From Hypanus sabinus (lineage: Eukaryota): a stretch of DNA of 64,000 nucleotides. Numbering within the stretch: position 1 is the first letter of the stretch; every line of letters starts with the position of its first letter. A program made the translations under genes and the position numbers. Positions 1 through 13,025 of this stretch are shown here, one piece after another. The notes below the pieces were generated by a model. The model worked only from the letters and a program-made list of their open reading frames with translations, ran no database searches and was not told the DNA's origin. The stretch lies in NCBI RefSeq assembly GCF_030144855.1, contig NC_082725.1, positions 46,128,001-46,192,000 on the forward strand, in the 5' to 3' direction.

Positions 1-609
1 TTTAACTTTACATCCTGTAGTCATAGACTTTCCACAAAAAGACAATATATCCTTTCGAAGTTCTACTATGCCCCTACTGGATAATCAATCTCATAGTTCT
101 CCAAATGCCAGAGATTATAATCCATGCAATCCCCAACGTATTTCGTTGAAGCATTCTAACGAAACAGCAGCAGAGTTATCAGAGTGTGCACACTATAGTC
201 TAAGAAGGGCACGGCATACCCAAGACAAGAATCTTCTCCCTTTCGTATTACAGTTTAGTTATAATTAACTTCATTACACATTTGGTCCACTAAAAACTCC
301 ATCCCTCAGCAAGAGAAAGGAACCAAGACACTGATCTCCCCTTCCTTGGATTCTGAAATCTATTTTATTAAGCGGCAGGGTAGAAAAAGAATCAACTTAC
401 TGATTTGCAGCATCATTGCTTCAAGAAATCTCCTGATCCTTTCTGTAGATATGTGCCTCAAGATTTAAAAAGGCTCGATTTATCTTACGATCACACTGAG
501 TGAGTCATTAAGCACATTAACCAAGCCTAAACATAAAGACCTATATTTCACCAGTGGCATTTCTGGTTGCAAGTATAGGCTTCAGACTCGATTCTCACAA
601 TGATTATGT

Positions 610-2612
610 AGTCAGAATCACTTATAATTTCATTGGCATATGTTGTGAAATTTGTTGCTTTGTGGTAGCAGTACAAAATAATAAAAACAAACTATAAATT
701 ACTATTAAGAAATGTAAATGGGGAAAAAAGAGAAAAAATACTGAGATAGTGGTCATGGGTACATTGTCCATTAGGAAATCTGATGGCGGTGGGCAACAAA
801 CTGCCCCTGAAACACTGAGTGTGTGTTTTCAGACACCTGTACCTCCTTCTTGATGGCAGCAATGAGAAAAGGGTGTACCCTGGGTGATGGGGGTCCTTAA
901 TGATGGATGCCGCCTTGTTGGAGCATTGCCCTTTGACAGTGCTGGGGAGGCTAGTTCCAGTGATGGCACTGGCTGAGTTTATAACTTCCTGCAGTCTGTT
1001 CTGATCCTGTGCAGAGGTCCGAACATGCCAGATGGTGATGCAGCCAGTTAGAATGCTCTCCATGCTACACCTGTAGAAACTTGCAAGTCTTTAGTTATAT
1101 ACCAACTCTCCTCCAGCTCCTTATCAAATATAGCCACTATCATGCCTTCTCTGTAATTGCATGTATGTTGTTCCCAGGATAAGTTGTCAAAGATGTTGAT
1201 ACCCAGGAATATGAAACTGCTCATCATCTCTCGAGGAGGACTAGTATGTGTTCCCTTGACATCCCCTTTGTGAAGTCCACAATCAATCCTTGATCTTACT
1301 AACGCTGAGTGCAAGGTTGTTGTTGCAACACTACTCAACCAGCTGATCTATCTCACTCCTGTACGCTTCCTCATCATCATTTGAAATTCTGCCAGTAATA
1401 GTTGTGTCAAAGGCAAATTTATAGTTGGTGTTTGAGCTGTGCCTAGCCACAGTTGTGGGTACAGAAAGAGTAGGGAAGTGGGCTGAGCACACATCCCTGA
1501 GGTGCGCCAGTGTTGATCGTCTGCGAGAAGGTTATGTTATTTCTGATCTGCACTTACTGTGAGGAAGTCAGGGATCCATTTGCAGAAAAAGGTAGAGGCC
1601 CAGGTTTTGGAGCTTGATTAGAACTGAGGGTATGATTTTGCAGAATGTTGAGATGTAATCAATAAACAGTAGCCAGATGTAAGTACTACTATAATCCGAG
1701 CTCAGGTGCCGAGCCAGTGAAATTGTATCTGCTGTAGACCTATTATGGCAGTAGGCAAATTGCAGCAGATCCAAGTCCTTGTTTAGGCAAGAATTGCTTC
1801 TGACCACGACCGACCTCTTAAAGCACTTCATCACAGTAGATGTGAGTACAACTGGGTGATAGTCATTGAGGCAACTCACTCAGCTCTTCTTGGGCACTGT
1901 CACCCTTTTGAAGTGGTTAGAAATCTCCGACTACAGCAGTGAGAAATTGAAGCATTCCTTGAACACTCCTGCCAAATGGTCAGCACAGGTCTTCAATTCC
2001 CCACCAGGTCCTCTTCAGGGCCTGTCAGCTTGAAGGGGTTCACCCTCTTGAAAGATGTCCTGACCTCGGCCTCCAAGACAGAGATCACAAGGTCACCTAA
2101 TGATTTGCATAGATGTAGCTTTATTTTCCCTTTCAAAGTGTGCAGAGAAGGCATTGAGCTCATCTGGGAGTGAAGCATCACAGCCATTCATAACATTAGG
2201 TTTCACCTTGTAAGAGGTAATGCCCTACAAACCCTGCCAGAGCTGACGTGCGCCTGATTCCATCTCAAATCTCTATTAGAATAGTTTTTGCGCTCTTAAA
2301 ATAGCCTTCCGTAGCTTGTATCTGGACTTCCTGTACAATTCTGGATCACTGGCCTTGAATGCCACAGACAGAGCCCTCGGCACTCTATGAATCTCTTGGT
2401 TCACGTATGGTTTTTGAGTTGGGTGTTAGGCATGTTCTCAAAGGTTCCCACTCACCCACGCAGGTCTTGATGAAATCGGGGACAACTGCTGTGTATTCAT
2501 TCATTTTCAAAGATGAGTCCCTGAATATTGTCCAGTCCACCAACTCAAAACAGTCTTGCAAGTGCTCTTCCACCTCCCTGGATCATACCTTTTTGGTCCT
2601 CACCACTGGTGA
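610..2612 (-). mobile_element. Degenerate Rex1/Babar-type LINE fragment
   Basis: Fragments LQDCFELVDW, LNDYHPVVLTSTVMKCF, LQFAYCHNRSTAD, HPGYTLFSLLPS. Confidence 0.75.
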
Positions 2613-4005
2613 ACGGTCTCCCCCGTAATCTATTGGAGATCCTGGAATAAGCGAAGCTGAAATAGCCCCAAAACTACAGTGTCATCAAGATAACAGCAGA
2701 CCAAACTAATTACCTTAAGTAAATCAAATGCACATTGCAAGAGCTCCAAAATCCCAAATTTATTAAATTTACTTTAAAATTTATCAATTGAAGATGTTCA
2801 TACATAAATGATGATTGCACCAGTTTTAAACATAGTATTATTAAATATAGCACTTTTTCTCAATTACTAAATACTGCTTCAATAGCATATTCATCAGAAA
2901 GTGAGGATAAAAAACATACAAAAATCTGCAACACCAAGATACTACCGATATCGACCTGCTGTAATTGCCCAGAAACTCAAGTATAAGAAACTGGAACTGG
3001 TATTGCTATCCTTGAACCTGCTCCAATATTCATCAAAATCGCGACTGTCTTTTAGCTCAGTGTTAATTTCCAGAATAACACCCATATACACTGATTCCCT
3101 TAATGTCCATAAATCCATCCATCCTTTGAACGAACACAATGAGTGAGCTCCAGGTAGAGAATTCTGAAGATTCATCACCTTTAAAGTAAAAAAAACTTCT
3201 CATCTCCGTCCTAAACAGCTTAACACTTATTCTATATATGCCATCGATGTACAAACTCAACAAGGGGCCTTGGCAAAACTAAATCTTTTAAAAAATATAT
3301 ACAGTATATTAAAAAGATCAGGACATCAGTAGCACAGCAATTAATATTTCTGCTAATAAATGAAACATTCCAGGAACACCGTAGCAAAATTCTGAGAAAT
3401 GACGAAGAAGGCATTTCCTTTCCATTGAAAAGTGGCTTTCTTTCATCTTTTTATTATGAATTACGAAATTTGAGTCATCAAGCTCTTTTTCTGTGACTGC
3501 TTTTAAAAACCTTCTGAAAATCCATCCATTCAAGTAAGCTTCTGATTACCCAATCATATCTCCCACTTCACAGCTCATTATCCTTTGCCGTTTCCACATC
3601 CCCCTGGTGTTAAGTCACAAACCTGGACCACTGACTTTATCGATATGTTGAACCCTGCTGAGTTTTTCCAGTATTACCCGTTTTTGTTCCAGATTTCCAG
3701 TATCTGAATTATTTTGCTTTCTCTCCAAAACCATGGGACAAACCGATCTCTCCAAATATTTGATAGACCCTGGCTTTGAAATATACTGATCACCGTTTTT
3801 GCATCACAGTTCTTAAATTCTACTTGGGGAACAGGGTTTACGTGGTGCACATTGAACCTCTGGTCATTTGAGTTTGGTAGTAACAGCCACATCATGATTT
3901 GTAAATATAAGTTTGGAATATAGGAAATAGGGTTCTGTAAACGTATGGCAAAATCCATACACATCAACGAGACAACACAAATTTTATTGGGAACAAAGGA
4001 CAGAC

Positions 4006-4203
4006 TGTAGTGGAGTGCTACACGCAGCGCTAAAATTACGACACGGAGTCGGTAACTGCAGTCGAAGGAAAAAAAACTTTATTCGAAATCCTCAGCCTCA
4101 CTTTTAAGCCTCCCTCAAAGGCTCCAAATCTCTGTGCTTGCAAACCCCCGTAGGCTATCTAATTGTGAGCCGGTTCGGATGTGCCAGGAATTGGGTTGCC
4201 ACA
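4006..4203 (-). repeat. 3' LTR of CsRN1-like element (198 bp)
   Basis: Direct repeat with a 20-bp deletion relative to the 5' LTR; preceded on the minus strand by a G-rich PPT. Confidence 0.93.
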
Positions 4204-7200
4204 TAACCGCCCCCCAGAACCGGCGATACACCCCCCAATGTCCACAGTCTGGGCCAGAACCTGCTTGGGAGGTTGGCCTCTGCGCCGAGGTGCCGGAAAC
4301 TCGGCCGGTTGTGCCAGGTCCACATGGGCCGGTTTGAGGCGGTCCACCGTGAAAACCTCCTCTTTCCCCCCAACGTCCAGCACGAACGTGGACCCGTTGT
4401 TCCGGAGCACCATAAATGGCCCCTCGTATGGCCGCTGCAGCGGTGGCCGATGCCCGCCCCTTCGTACAAACACAAACTTACAGCTCTGCAGGTCTTTGGG
4501 TATGCAGGTCGGGTTCCGCCCGTGCTGTGAAGTGGGTATGGGGGCCAGGTTACCGAGCTTCTCGCGTAGTCTGCCCAGGACTGCTGCAGGATCTTCCTCT
4601 TGCCCCTGTGGGGCTGGTAGGAACTCCCCGGGGATGACCAGGGGCGCGCCGTATACCAACTCGGCCGACGAGGCATGCAGGTCGTCCTTGGGCGCTGTGC
4701 GGATGCCGAGTAGGACCCAGGGAAGCTCGTCCGCCCAGTTGGCTCCTCGCAGGCGGGCCATGAGGGCTGACTTCAGGTGACGGTGGAAACACTCCACTAG
4801 CCCGTTCGACTGTGGGTGGTAGGCAGTTGTGTGGTGCAGCTGAGTCCCCAAAAGGCTGGCCATAGCTGACCACAGGCTGGAGGTGAACTGGGCGCCTCTG
4901 TCAGAGGTAATGTGGGCTGGTACACCAAAGCGAGATATCCAGGTGGTGATCAGGGCTCGGGCGCAAGATTTGGAGGTGGTGTCGGTGAACGGGACAGCCT
5001 CTGGCCATCTTGTGAACCAGTCCACGATAGTCAGGAGGTGCCGCGCTCCGCGTGACACTGGCAGGGGGCCCATGATATCCACATGAATGTGGTCGAAACG
5101 CCGGTGGGCGGGATGGAACTGCTGCGGTGGGGCTTTGGTGTGCCGCTGCACCTTGGCCGTCTGGCAGTGCATGCACGTTTTGACCCATTCACTGACCTGT
5201 TTGCGGAGTCCGTGCCAAACGAACCTGCTGGAAACCATCCGGACAGTCGTCCGGATGGAGGGATGCGCCAAGTTATGAATGGAGTCGAAAACACGGCGCC
5301 GCCTGGCTGTCGGGACGACGGGACGGGGCTGGCCGGTGGTGACGTCACAGAGTAGGGTCCTCTCACCCGGGCCTACGGGGAGGTCCTGGAGCTGCAAACC
5401 AGAGACCATGGTTCTGTAACTCGGAATCTCCTCATCCGCCTGCTGCGCCTCTGCCAGTGCCTCAAAGTCTACCCCTTGGGAAAGGGAATGAACGGTAGGG
5501 CAAGAGAGCGCATCCGCCACGACATTGTCCTTACCCGAGACGTGCCGGACATCCGTCGTGTATTCAGAGATGTAGGACAGGTGGCGTTGCTGGCGGGACG
5601 ACCAGGGGTCTGACGCTTTCGTAAACTCAAAGGTAAGCGGTTTTGTGGTCCGTGAAGGCGGTGAAGGGCCGACCTTCTAGGAAGTACCTGAAATGCCGGA
5701 TTGCCAGGTAGAGCGCCAACAGTTCCCGGTCGAAAGCACTGTACTTGAGCTCGGGTGGCCGCAAGTGTTTGCTGAAAAACGCCAGGGGTTGCCAGCGACC
5801 TGCGATGAGTTGCTCCAGCACCCCACCGACTGCCGTGTTTGATGCGTCCACTGTGAGGGCGGTAGGGGTGTCCATTCTGGGATGTACTAGCATTGCGGCA
5901 TTCGCCAAAGCTTCCTTCGTTTGAACGAAAGCGGCCCCAGGTAATGTCCTTGCTCGGACCCGACATCAGGGCGAACAGGGGGCGCATGATCCGGGCAGCT
6001 GAAGGGAGGAAGCGGTGGTAGAAATTGACCATACCTACGAATTCCTGAAGGCCTTTGATCGTGGTGGGTCGGGGGAAGTGGCGGACCGCATCTACCTTAG
6101 CGGGCAGAGGGGTTGCCCCGTCTTTAGTAATCCTGTGGCCCAGGAATTCAATGGTATCGAGTCCAAACTGGCATTTGGCGGGGTTGATTGTAAGACCGTA
6201 CTCACTCAGTCGGGCGCAGAGTTGACGGAGGTGGGACAGATGCTCCTGACGACTGCTGTTGGCTATGAGGATGTCGTCCAAATAGATGAACGCGAAGTCC
6301 AGGTCCCGTCCCACCGTCTGTGCGGCATTCTTCAGGCTGAACGGCATGCGGAGGAACTCGAAAAGGCCAAATGGGGTGATGAGAGCCGTTTTGGGGACGT
6401 CGTCAGGATGCATCGGGATTTGATGGTACCCTCGGACGAGGTCTACCTTGGAGAAGATCTGTGCGCTGTGCAGGTTTGCTGCAAAGTCCTGAATGTGCGG
6501 CACAGGGTAGCGGTCCGGTGTGGTAGCCTCGTTCAGCCTGCGGTAGTCGCCGCATGGTCTCCAGCCTCCCGTCGCTTTGGGCACCATGTACAGGGGAGAG
6601 GCCCATGGGCTGTCGGACCGCCGGATGATCCCCAATTCCTCCATCCTCTGGAACTCCTCCTTCGCCTGTCGGAGCTTGTCTGGGGGAAGCCGCCGAGCGC
6701 AGGCGTGAAGGGGTGGCACCTGGGTCGGGATGTGGTGCTGTACGCCGTGTCTGGGCATGGCCGCTGTGAACTGCGGTGCCAGACCCGATGGGAAATCCGC
6801 CAGGACCCTGGTGAAGTCGTTGTCAGACAGCGTGATGGAGCCGAGGTGAGGGGCTGGCAACTGGGCTGCACCCAGGGAGAACGTCTGAAAGGTCTCGGCG
6901 TGTACCAGTCTTTCCCTGGGCAGGTCGACCAGTAGGCTGTGAGCCCGCAAAAAATCCGCACCCAGAAGTGGTTGGGCTACGGCGGCCAGTGTAAAGTCCC
7001 ACGTGAACTGGCTGGAGCCGAACTGTAGCTGCACCTGACGGGTGCCATAGGTCCTTACTGTGCTGCCGTTCATGGCCCTCGGGGGGGACCCAGTGCCCTG
7101 CTGCGGGTGTCGTAACTCGTCGGAGGTAAAACGCTGATCTCGGCACCAGTATCGACCAAAAACCGGCGTCCCGACCTTCTGTCCCACACATACAGGAGGC

Positions 7201-7255
7201 TATCCCGATGGCCAGCCGCCATAGCCATCAGCGGCGGCTGGCCCTGGCGTTTCCC
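4159..7255 (-). pseudogene. pol: Disrupted pol (PR DTGAEIS, RT YLDD, RNase H, HHCC/DDE integrase with GPF)
   Basis: Split over ORFs 7070-7438, 5469-7187, 5627-5908 and 4159-5520; frameshifts near 7085, 5935 and 5640; in-frame RT deletion ([10 protein letters not shown]). Confidence 0.9.
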
Positions 7256-7917
7256 GGGAACTTGCAGGGCGGGTGACAACGGCAGGCTTCTGCGCCCCAC
7301 CGCTGGTGGTAGAAGCACCAGTGTTCCTTGGGCTGGGGGTTGGCGGGCTCTGTGGCCGGGCCTGGACTGGTTTGCTGCTGGGAGCGTGGCTGGGAGATCT
7401 GTGCGATGGACGCCCCGCTCACCTTTTTGGCGTTCCACAGCAAGTCCGCCCGGGCTGCCACCTTCCGGGGGTCACTGAAATCCGCGTCGGACAGCAGCAG
7501 GCGTATGTCCTCGGGCAGCTGCTCCAGGAATGCCTGCTCAAACATGAGGCAGGGTGTGTGTCCGTCGGCGAGAGACAACATCTCATTCATTAAAGCCGAT
7601 TGAGGTCTGTCGCCCAAGCCATCCAGGTGCAGTAAACGGGCAGCCCGCTCGCGCCGTGAGAGTCCGAAAGTCCTGAGGAGCAGGGCTTTGAATTCCGTGT
7701 ACTTGCCGTCTGCCGGGGGCGACTGTACGAACTCCGCGACCTGGGCCGCTGTGTCCTGGTCGAGGGAGCTCACCACGTAGTAGTAGCGGGTGTCTTCTGA
7801 GGTGATCTGGCGAACTTGGAATTGGGCTTCGGCTTGCTGGAACCATAGGTCCGGGCGCTGTGTCCAGAAACCTGGCAGTTTCAACGAAACCGCATGAACA
7901 GAGGCGGCGTCGGTCAT
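7228..7917 (-). CDS. gag: Gag of CsRN1-like element
   Basis: MTDAASVHAVSLKLPGFW...CFYHQRWGAEACRCHPPC; open frame, CHCC motif. Confidence 0.85.
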   Translation of the reverse strand: MTDAASVHAVSLKLPGFWTQRPDLWFQQAEAQFQVRQITSEDTRYYYVVSSLDQDTAAQVAEFVQSPPADGKYTEFKALLLRTFGLSRRERAARLLHLDGLGDRPQSALMNEMLSLADGHTPCLMFEQAFLEQLPEDIRLLLSDADFSDPRKVAARADLLWNAKKVSGASIAQISQPRSQQQTSPGPATEPANPQPKEHWCFYHQRWGAEACRCHPPCKFPGNARASRR

Positions 7918-7942
7918 TTCTGGTCCAAAAATCGTTTGGACC

Positions 7943-7955
7943 GTCGGGGTCACCA
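7943..7955 (-). other. Primer-binding site TGGTGACCCCGAC (complementary to tRNA-Trp 3' end)
   Basis: Begins 2 nt after the 5' LTR; sequence typical of CsRN1-clade PBS. Confidence 0.85.
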
Positions 7956-7957
7956 AT

Positions 7958-8177
7958 TGTAGCGGTGTGCTACACGCAGTGCTAAAATTACGACACGGAA
8001 TCGGTAACTGCAGTTGAAGGAAAAAAAAAACTTTATTCGAAATCCTCAGCCTCACTTTTAAGCCTCCCTCAACCTGCCCCCCCGTGGCGCAGAGGCTTCA
8101 AAGCTCAGTGCTCGCAAACCCCCGTAGGCTATCTAATTGTGAGCCGGTTCGGATGTGCCAGGGAATGGGTCGCCACA
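7958..8177 (-). repeat. 5' LTR of CsRN1-like element (220 bp)
   Basis: Direct repeat of 4006-4203; adjacent to the PBS. Confidence 0.93.
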
Positions 8178-8702
8178 AGACAACCAATATAAGAATATTT
8201 GATTGAGATTTTGACAAGGGCAGATTTCAGCTGCAGCATTCGCACTTCTAGATACTGACATTAAAAGTCGATATGGTTGATGCTATACTTTAAGGACTTA
8301 AAGATGCGTGCAATTAATAAATATTATTCTTACACATGATAGTACAGAGATGCTCAAATGGAGAAACTTGACAAGCTCATGGAGGTAAAATAATTCTGTA
8401 CTGCTATGATCAATAAGATGCACAAGATTACATGAGAGCTAGCATAAACCATATGGGTCCAATAGGCACAGTCTCAGTGCTTTAATGACTTAATTTAATC
8501 CTGTGACTTCCCTCACACAACTTCCCACCAGACTCGTTCTCCACAATATAGCAATCACTCACCACCAATGGTACAATATCAAGAAAAAGTCTGCAGAATA
8601 TGGGCAAAAGAATGTAATGGGACTTCTGAACATCAGAAAAAACTAAAGCTCAAAATATTTCCCAAGGTTTTGAACTTCCACTGTCTGAATAGAACACTAA
8701 TA

Positions 8703-9484
8703 CAGGTTGAATATCCCTTATCCAAAATGCTGAACGCATTTCAGATTTTGGAATACATGATGAGATAGCTTGGGATCACCATAATCTCTGATTCAGTAAG
8801 CAGTCTTTGTTCATCACACACATTATTACATATCATTACATGAAATTACTACATATCATTAAAATAATGAAAGAATAATGTGTAGGGTAACAAATACAGC
8901 ACAACAGCATCAGAATACCTGAATCAACTGTTGAGCAACAACAAACAACGGCAGTCTCTACCCACAATGCGCGTTTTGATTAAAAGGTTACAGTACACTA
9001 TCTGTATTTTGTTTTTAGGTCAAAGGTATAAAAACAATTACTATTGTCGACATGTTCTGGTATTAGATTTTCAGTGACGATCTTGGCAAACTAATTTCTC
9101 TGCTTCTTCACTATCAGCAGACGCTTTAAAACCTTAATGTTGTGACCGTTCTTAAATTTCTGGCACCAGCTTGCCGAATCTTTATTTCATGATCAACATA
9201 CCGTCAACCAGCATATGTTCACTCTGACACTGACCATTTCAATACACGACCAAGATTTTTTTTTTGCTTTTAAGCAGTGTTTTTCTATTCTTCATTAACT
9301 TCTATTCAGTATGTATGTGAGTTCACTTCTCAGACCGGTCTGTGGCGCGCAGAGAGCTGTGTGTCCCCAGGAACCTTCCCAGTACCTTGTGGAATTTCCA
9401 TTTGTGACCTCATGCCAGCACTCAAAATTTGGATTTTGGGGGTTTTTAAGATTTTGGAATTTTGGATAAGGGGTACTCAGCCTG
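8703..9484 (-). mobile_element. Tigger/pogo-type DNA transposon deletion derivative
   Basis: TIRs CAGGTTGAATATCCCTTATCCAAAA and TTTTGGATAAGGGGTACTCAGCCTG; TA on the left; CENP-B-like transposase remnant on the minus strand. Confidence 0.7.
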
Positions 9485-9720
9485 AATATCAATTTCCCTG
9501 GCACAATTTTCTTGCCACATATGAGGAATTCCAAACAAAGTTGATCTCAATTCCAAGTTGTATGATTTGCAAGTTGCCATCACACATTTTCTACAAGCAA
9601 ATCTGTATCACTGTTGTAAGATAACGCTAACACCTTATACCTCCATACTTTCACCAATGCATGCTGATAGACTGCTTTAGATACACATGCTCCAAAGACC
9701 AAGGCTACAACAATGAAATA

Positions 9721-10269
9721 CATTCAGTGACCACTTTAGTACGTACCTGCAGGACCTAGTAAAATGGCCAAATGCATGCTCACTGTCTTCTGCTGCTGTA
9801 ACCCATCCACTTCAATGTTCAACTTCTTGTGCATTCAGAGATTATTTTCTACATGCTTCACGTGTGGTTATTTGAGTTATTGTTGTCTTCCTGTCAGCTT
9901 GAAACAGTCTGGCCATTCTCCTCTGACCTTCCTCATAAACAAATCATTTCACCCACAGAACTACCACCCACTGGATGAATTTTTTTTGCTGTGGTTTTTC
10001 TTTGCACCATTCTCTGTAAACTCTAGAGTCTGCTGGGCGTAAAAATCCCAGGAGATCAGCAGTTTATGAGATACTCAAACCACCCATCTGGCACCAAAAA
10101 TCATTCCATGGTCAAAGTTACATTCTTCCCCATTCTGATGTTTGATCTGAACAACAAATGAACTTCTTGACTGGATCTGCTTGCTTTCATGCATTGCATT
10201 GCTGCCCCATGACTGGCTGATTAGATACTTGTATTAATGAGCAGGTGTACATAAAGTGGCCACTGAGTG
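9721..10269. mobile_element. Non-autonomous Tc1/mariner element (about 550 bp)
   Basis: TIRs CATTCAGTGACCACTTTA and TAAAGTGGCCACTGAGTG; TA TSD on both sides. Confidence 0.8.
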
Positions 10270-10677
10270 TATGAAAACTATTGCACTCCACTGGTGCTTA
10301 ACACAAGAGTTCGTCCTTAACCCATCCTGCCTGCCATCAATCCCAAATGTCGTTTTTGCTCCATCCTTCAGCCAATATAGTCTTTAATACTGCATTGGTT
10401 CACCTTCAATCACTAACCTAAATGAAGCATTTCGCAATGTCACCATATCGTGTAAAAGAATCTCCTCCTACATTGTATGTACCCTCAAACCACACACTGC
10501 AAATGTCATATCTGTCAAAATATACATTCCCCCCCCCCCCCCAATAGGCTTAACTTTTGTGGTGCCGTACACGTGTAAACATCAATAATCAGATTGTTGC
10601 AGCAACGTTTGCCCGGAAGTTACTGTCTCATGATTGTTCTGACAAGATGAAAGCATTTACCATAGAAGCTGACTAAC

Positions 10678-10950
10678 CGGGCAGTGTAGCAGTTAGCACT
10701 TGGTTTTACAGTAACAGCCACCCAGGTTCCATTCCCACGGCTGTCTGTAAGGAACTTGTACATTCTCCCCAAGACTGCGTGGGTCTCCTCCGGGTGTTCT
10801 GGTTTCCTCCCACAGTCCAAAGACATACCAGTTGGTAGGTTAATTCGTTATTGCAAATTGTCCCATGATTGGGCTAGGATTAAATGGGGGGCAGGGCAGG
10901 GATTGCTAGCAGTGCTGCTTGAAGGGCGCTGTGTGTCAATAAATGAATAA
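10678..10950 (+). mobile_element. tRNA-derived V-SINE/HE1-like SINE
   Basis: Core GCGTGGGTCTCCTCCGGGTGTTCTGGTTTCCTCCCACAGTCCAAAGAC; related copies near 22330-22580(-), 30295-30530(+) and 36320-36580(-). Confidence 0.7.
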
Positions 10951-12539
10951 ATTTAACTTCTTTGTTTTAAGGATTTAGTTTTGCACTTTCCGCTTATTCC
11001 AGAACAAAAGGCATTTTGATCCAACATCTATAACTGCTCATGATAAAGCAATTCTGCTAATCCTATACCCTACTTGTTTCCAAGCCATGCAAATGACTTT
11101 TCCTCAAACATCCATCCAATTCTCCATTGAAAGCTTTAATTGATTCTGTTTCCACTATCACTACATAAAGCAAAATTGAAGCTCGTGATCATATACAGTT
11201 CTGGGCAAGAGTTTTAGGCACATGTACAGAATATAGCAGGGGTGCCCAACAGCTTTGCACTGTACGGCATTGTCAATGTGGAGAAGAGACTGAGATGATG
11301 GGAACGGGAAAGGCGGAGTCCTGTGGGGGAGGTGCAAGACAGGTAAAAGTGAAGGGGGGAGTGGTGGTATGGGTGCAGACATACCCAATCCTGAAACACA
11401 AGGCAAGGTCATGTGATTCAAGCAATTGGTTTATTGATCTTAACAGAACATCTCTCCAATGCCTCCCACTCCCTTCTCCTTTTCCCTACCATGTTTCACC
11501 TCTCCCTGACCCCTTCCCACTTATGGCCCACAAAAGAGATTTGTCTCAGAATCAGGTTTAACATCACTCATCTATGTCATGAAATTAATTTTCTTTTTGC
11601 AGCAGAACAGTGCAATATACAAAACTACTACAGTACTATGCAAAAGTCACTATGGCTATTTATAACTGTGCCCAAGATTTTTGCCAGTACTATATATTGC
11701 CCCAAATCTTTAAAACTGCATCAAGTTGTTTTTGAATTATTGGCTAATGAGAACAGTTTCCCTCCACCCTCCCCATCTTAAGACATCATGATCATGTGCA
11801 GCTCTACGAAATCTGTTAACCTCCTTTGCCCTGACAACAATTCAGCATTTAACAATACCCCTGGAACTACTCTAGCAACACGCTAGGGTATTCATATCTT
11901 TCTCAAAGCAAGTAACAAGAACTGGATGCAAACTGTGACCAAACTAGATTTTGAACTGACTCAACACAGTTTCCTCTCGTGATCAAAGCTACCTCTATTA
12001 CTATTTAGAACTGCTTACTAACTTATTATTTTGATTCAACTAACTATGTTTTTCTCCTTTATGTGCTTTGCCTTCCCAAACTGAAAATAGAGTTTTAGAT
12101 TACAGAAGCATCTCCCCAGACTGACCAAAATACTAAGTTTAATAAGTTATTTCAAAGTCCTGGTACACAAGCTTGGCACCACCAGTCAAGTGTTAGCAGA
12201 ACACAAAAGAACTTCAGTTAATATCTGACTGCTTAAAAATCAGAACTTTATTGCACATAAAGAAATCATTAATCTTTTCATTGTTTGGCACTGATAGGAA
12301 GGCATTGAGCTACATCTCAATAGTAGAACCATCAAGTTATGTAGACAGAGACTGAGCCTTCCTAGTCAAAGGTTACTTTGCAAAATAACAAATAGTAGAA
12401 CAGTTCCACTAGATTACAAGGAGGCAAAATTTAATCACATTATTTAAGGAAAGTAGGAGAGAGAAAAAAAACAAGGAATTACAGTTAGCCTGGCATTTGT
12501 ATGAAGAAAATGACTTAAACCTATTAATAAGACATGGTA

Positions 12540-12720
12540 CAAACAAGAGAACATCTGCAGATGCTGGAAATCCGAGCAACACACACAAAATGTTAGAGGA
12601 ACTCAGCAGCATCTATAGAAAAAAAGTACAGTTGACGTTTCGGCCTGATATGTTGATGGTACTTTTTCTATAGATGCTGCCTGGCCTGCTGAATTCCTTC
12701 AGCATTTTGTGTCTGTTGAA
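12540..12720. repeat. Palindromic Penelope-derived short repeat
   Basis: Inverted arms CAGCATCTATAGAAAAAAAGTAC and GTACTTTTTCTATAGATGCTG; also CACAAAATG and CATTTTGTG. Confidence 0.65.
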
Positions 12721-13025
12721 AAGACATGGTAATAGGGCATGTGGAAAAATAAGTAAACGGATGAAGAAAAAGTTAGCACGGACAAATGAAAGGATGTTAT
12801 AACATGCAGATTAAATAAGGGTGAGCCAGTTGATGTGGCATATTTAGACCATCAGTAAGCTTTTGATAGTGTGACACACTGGAGGTTATTAGGCAAAATT
12901 AGAAAGCATCAACTTGGGATAATGGAGTAGTGTTGACTCATTAACATAAATAAAATATAAACAAACACTTCATTTTGGGTTGGGAGGGTTGGTTGCTACA
13001 AGGGTGGACCCCAGCTATTTATATA

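Larger units (their letters stand above)
4006..8177 (-). mobile_element. Full-length but decayed Ty3/Gypsy LTR retrotransposon, CsRN1/Kabuki-like lineage
   Basis: TG...CA LTRs at 7958-8177 and 4006-4203; 4-bp TSD AGAC (4002-05, 8178-81); tRNA-Trp PBS; Cx2Hx9Cx3C gag knuckle; PR-RT-RH-IN order. Confidence 0.95.

Noticed and set aside
3318-3967. Protein-like short ORFs next to the CsRN1-like insertion
   Set aside because: No recognisable homology and no consistent exon chain
4134-7846. Many overlapping ORFs of 60-306 aa (e.g. 6015-6935+, 4181-4780+)
   Set aside because: Antisense or alternate-frame shadows of the GC-rich gag/pol; no independent motifs
7918-8055. N-terminal extension of the 275-aa gag ORF
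   Set aside because: Runs through the LTR and PBS from a non-ATG codon; the likely start is the ATG at 7917
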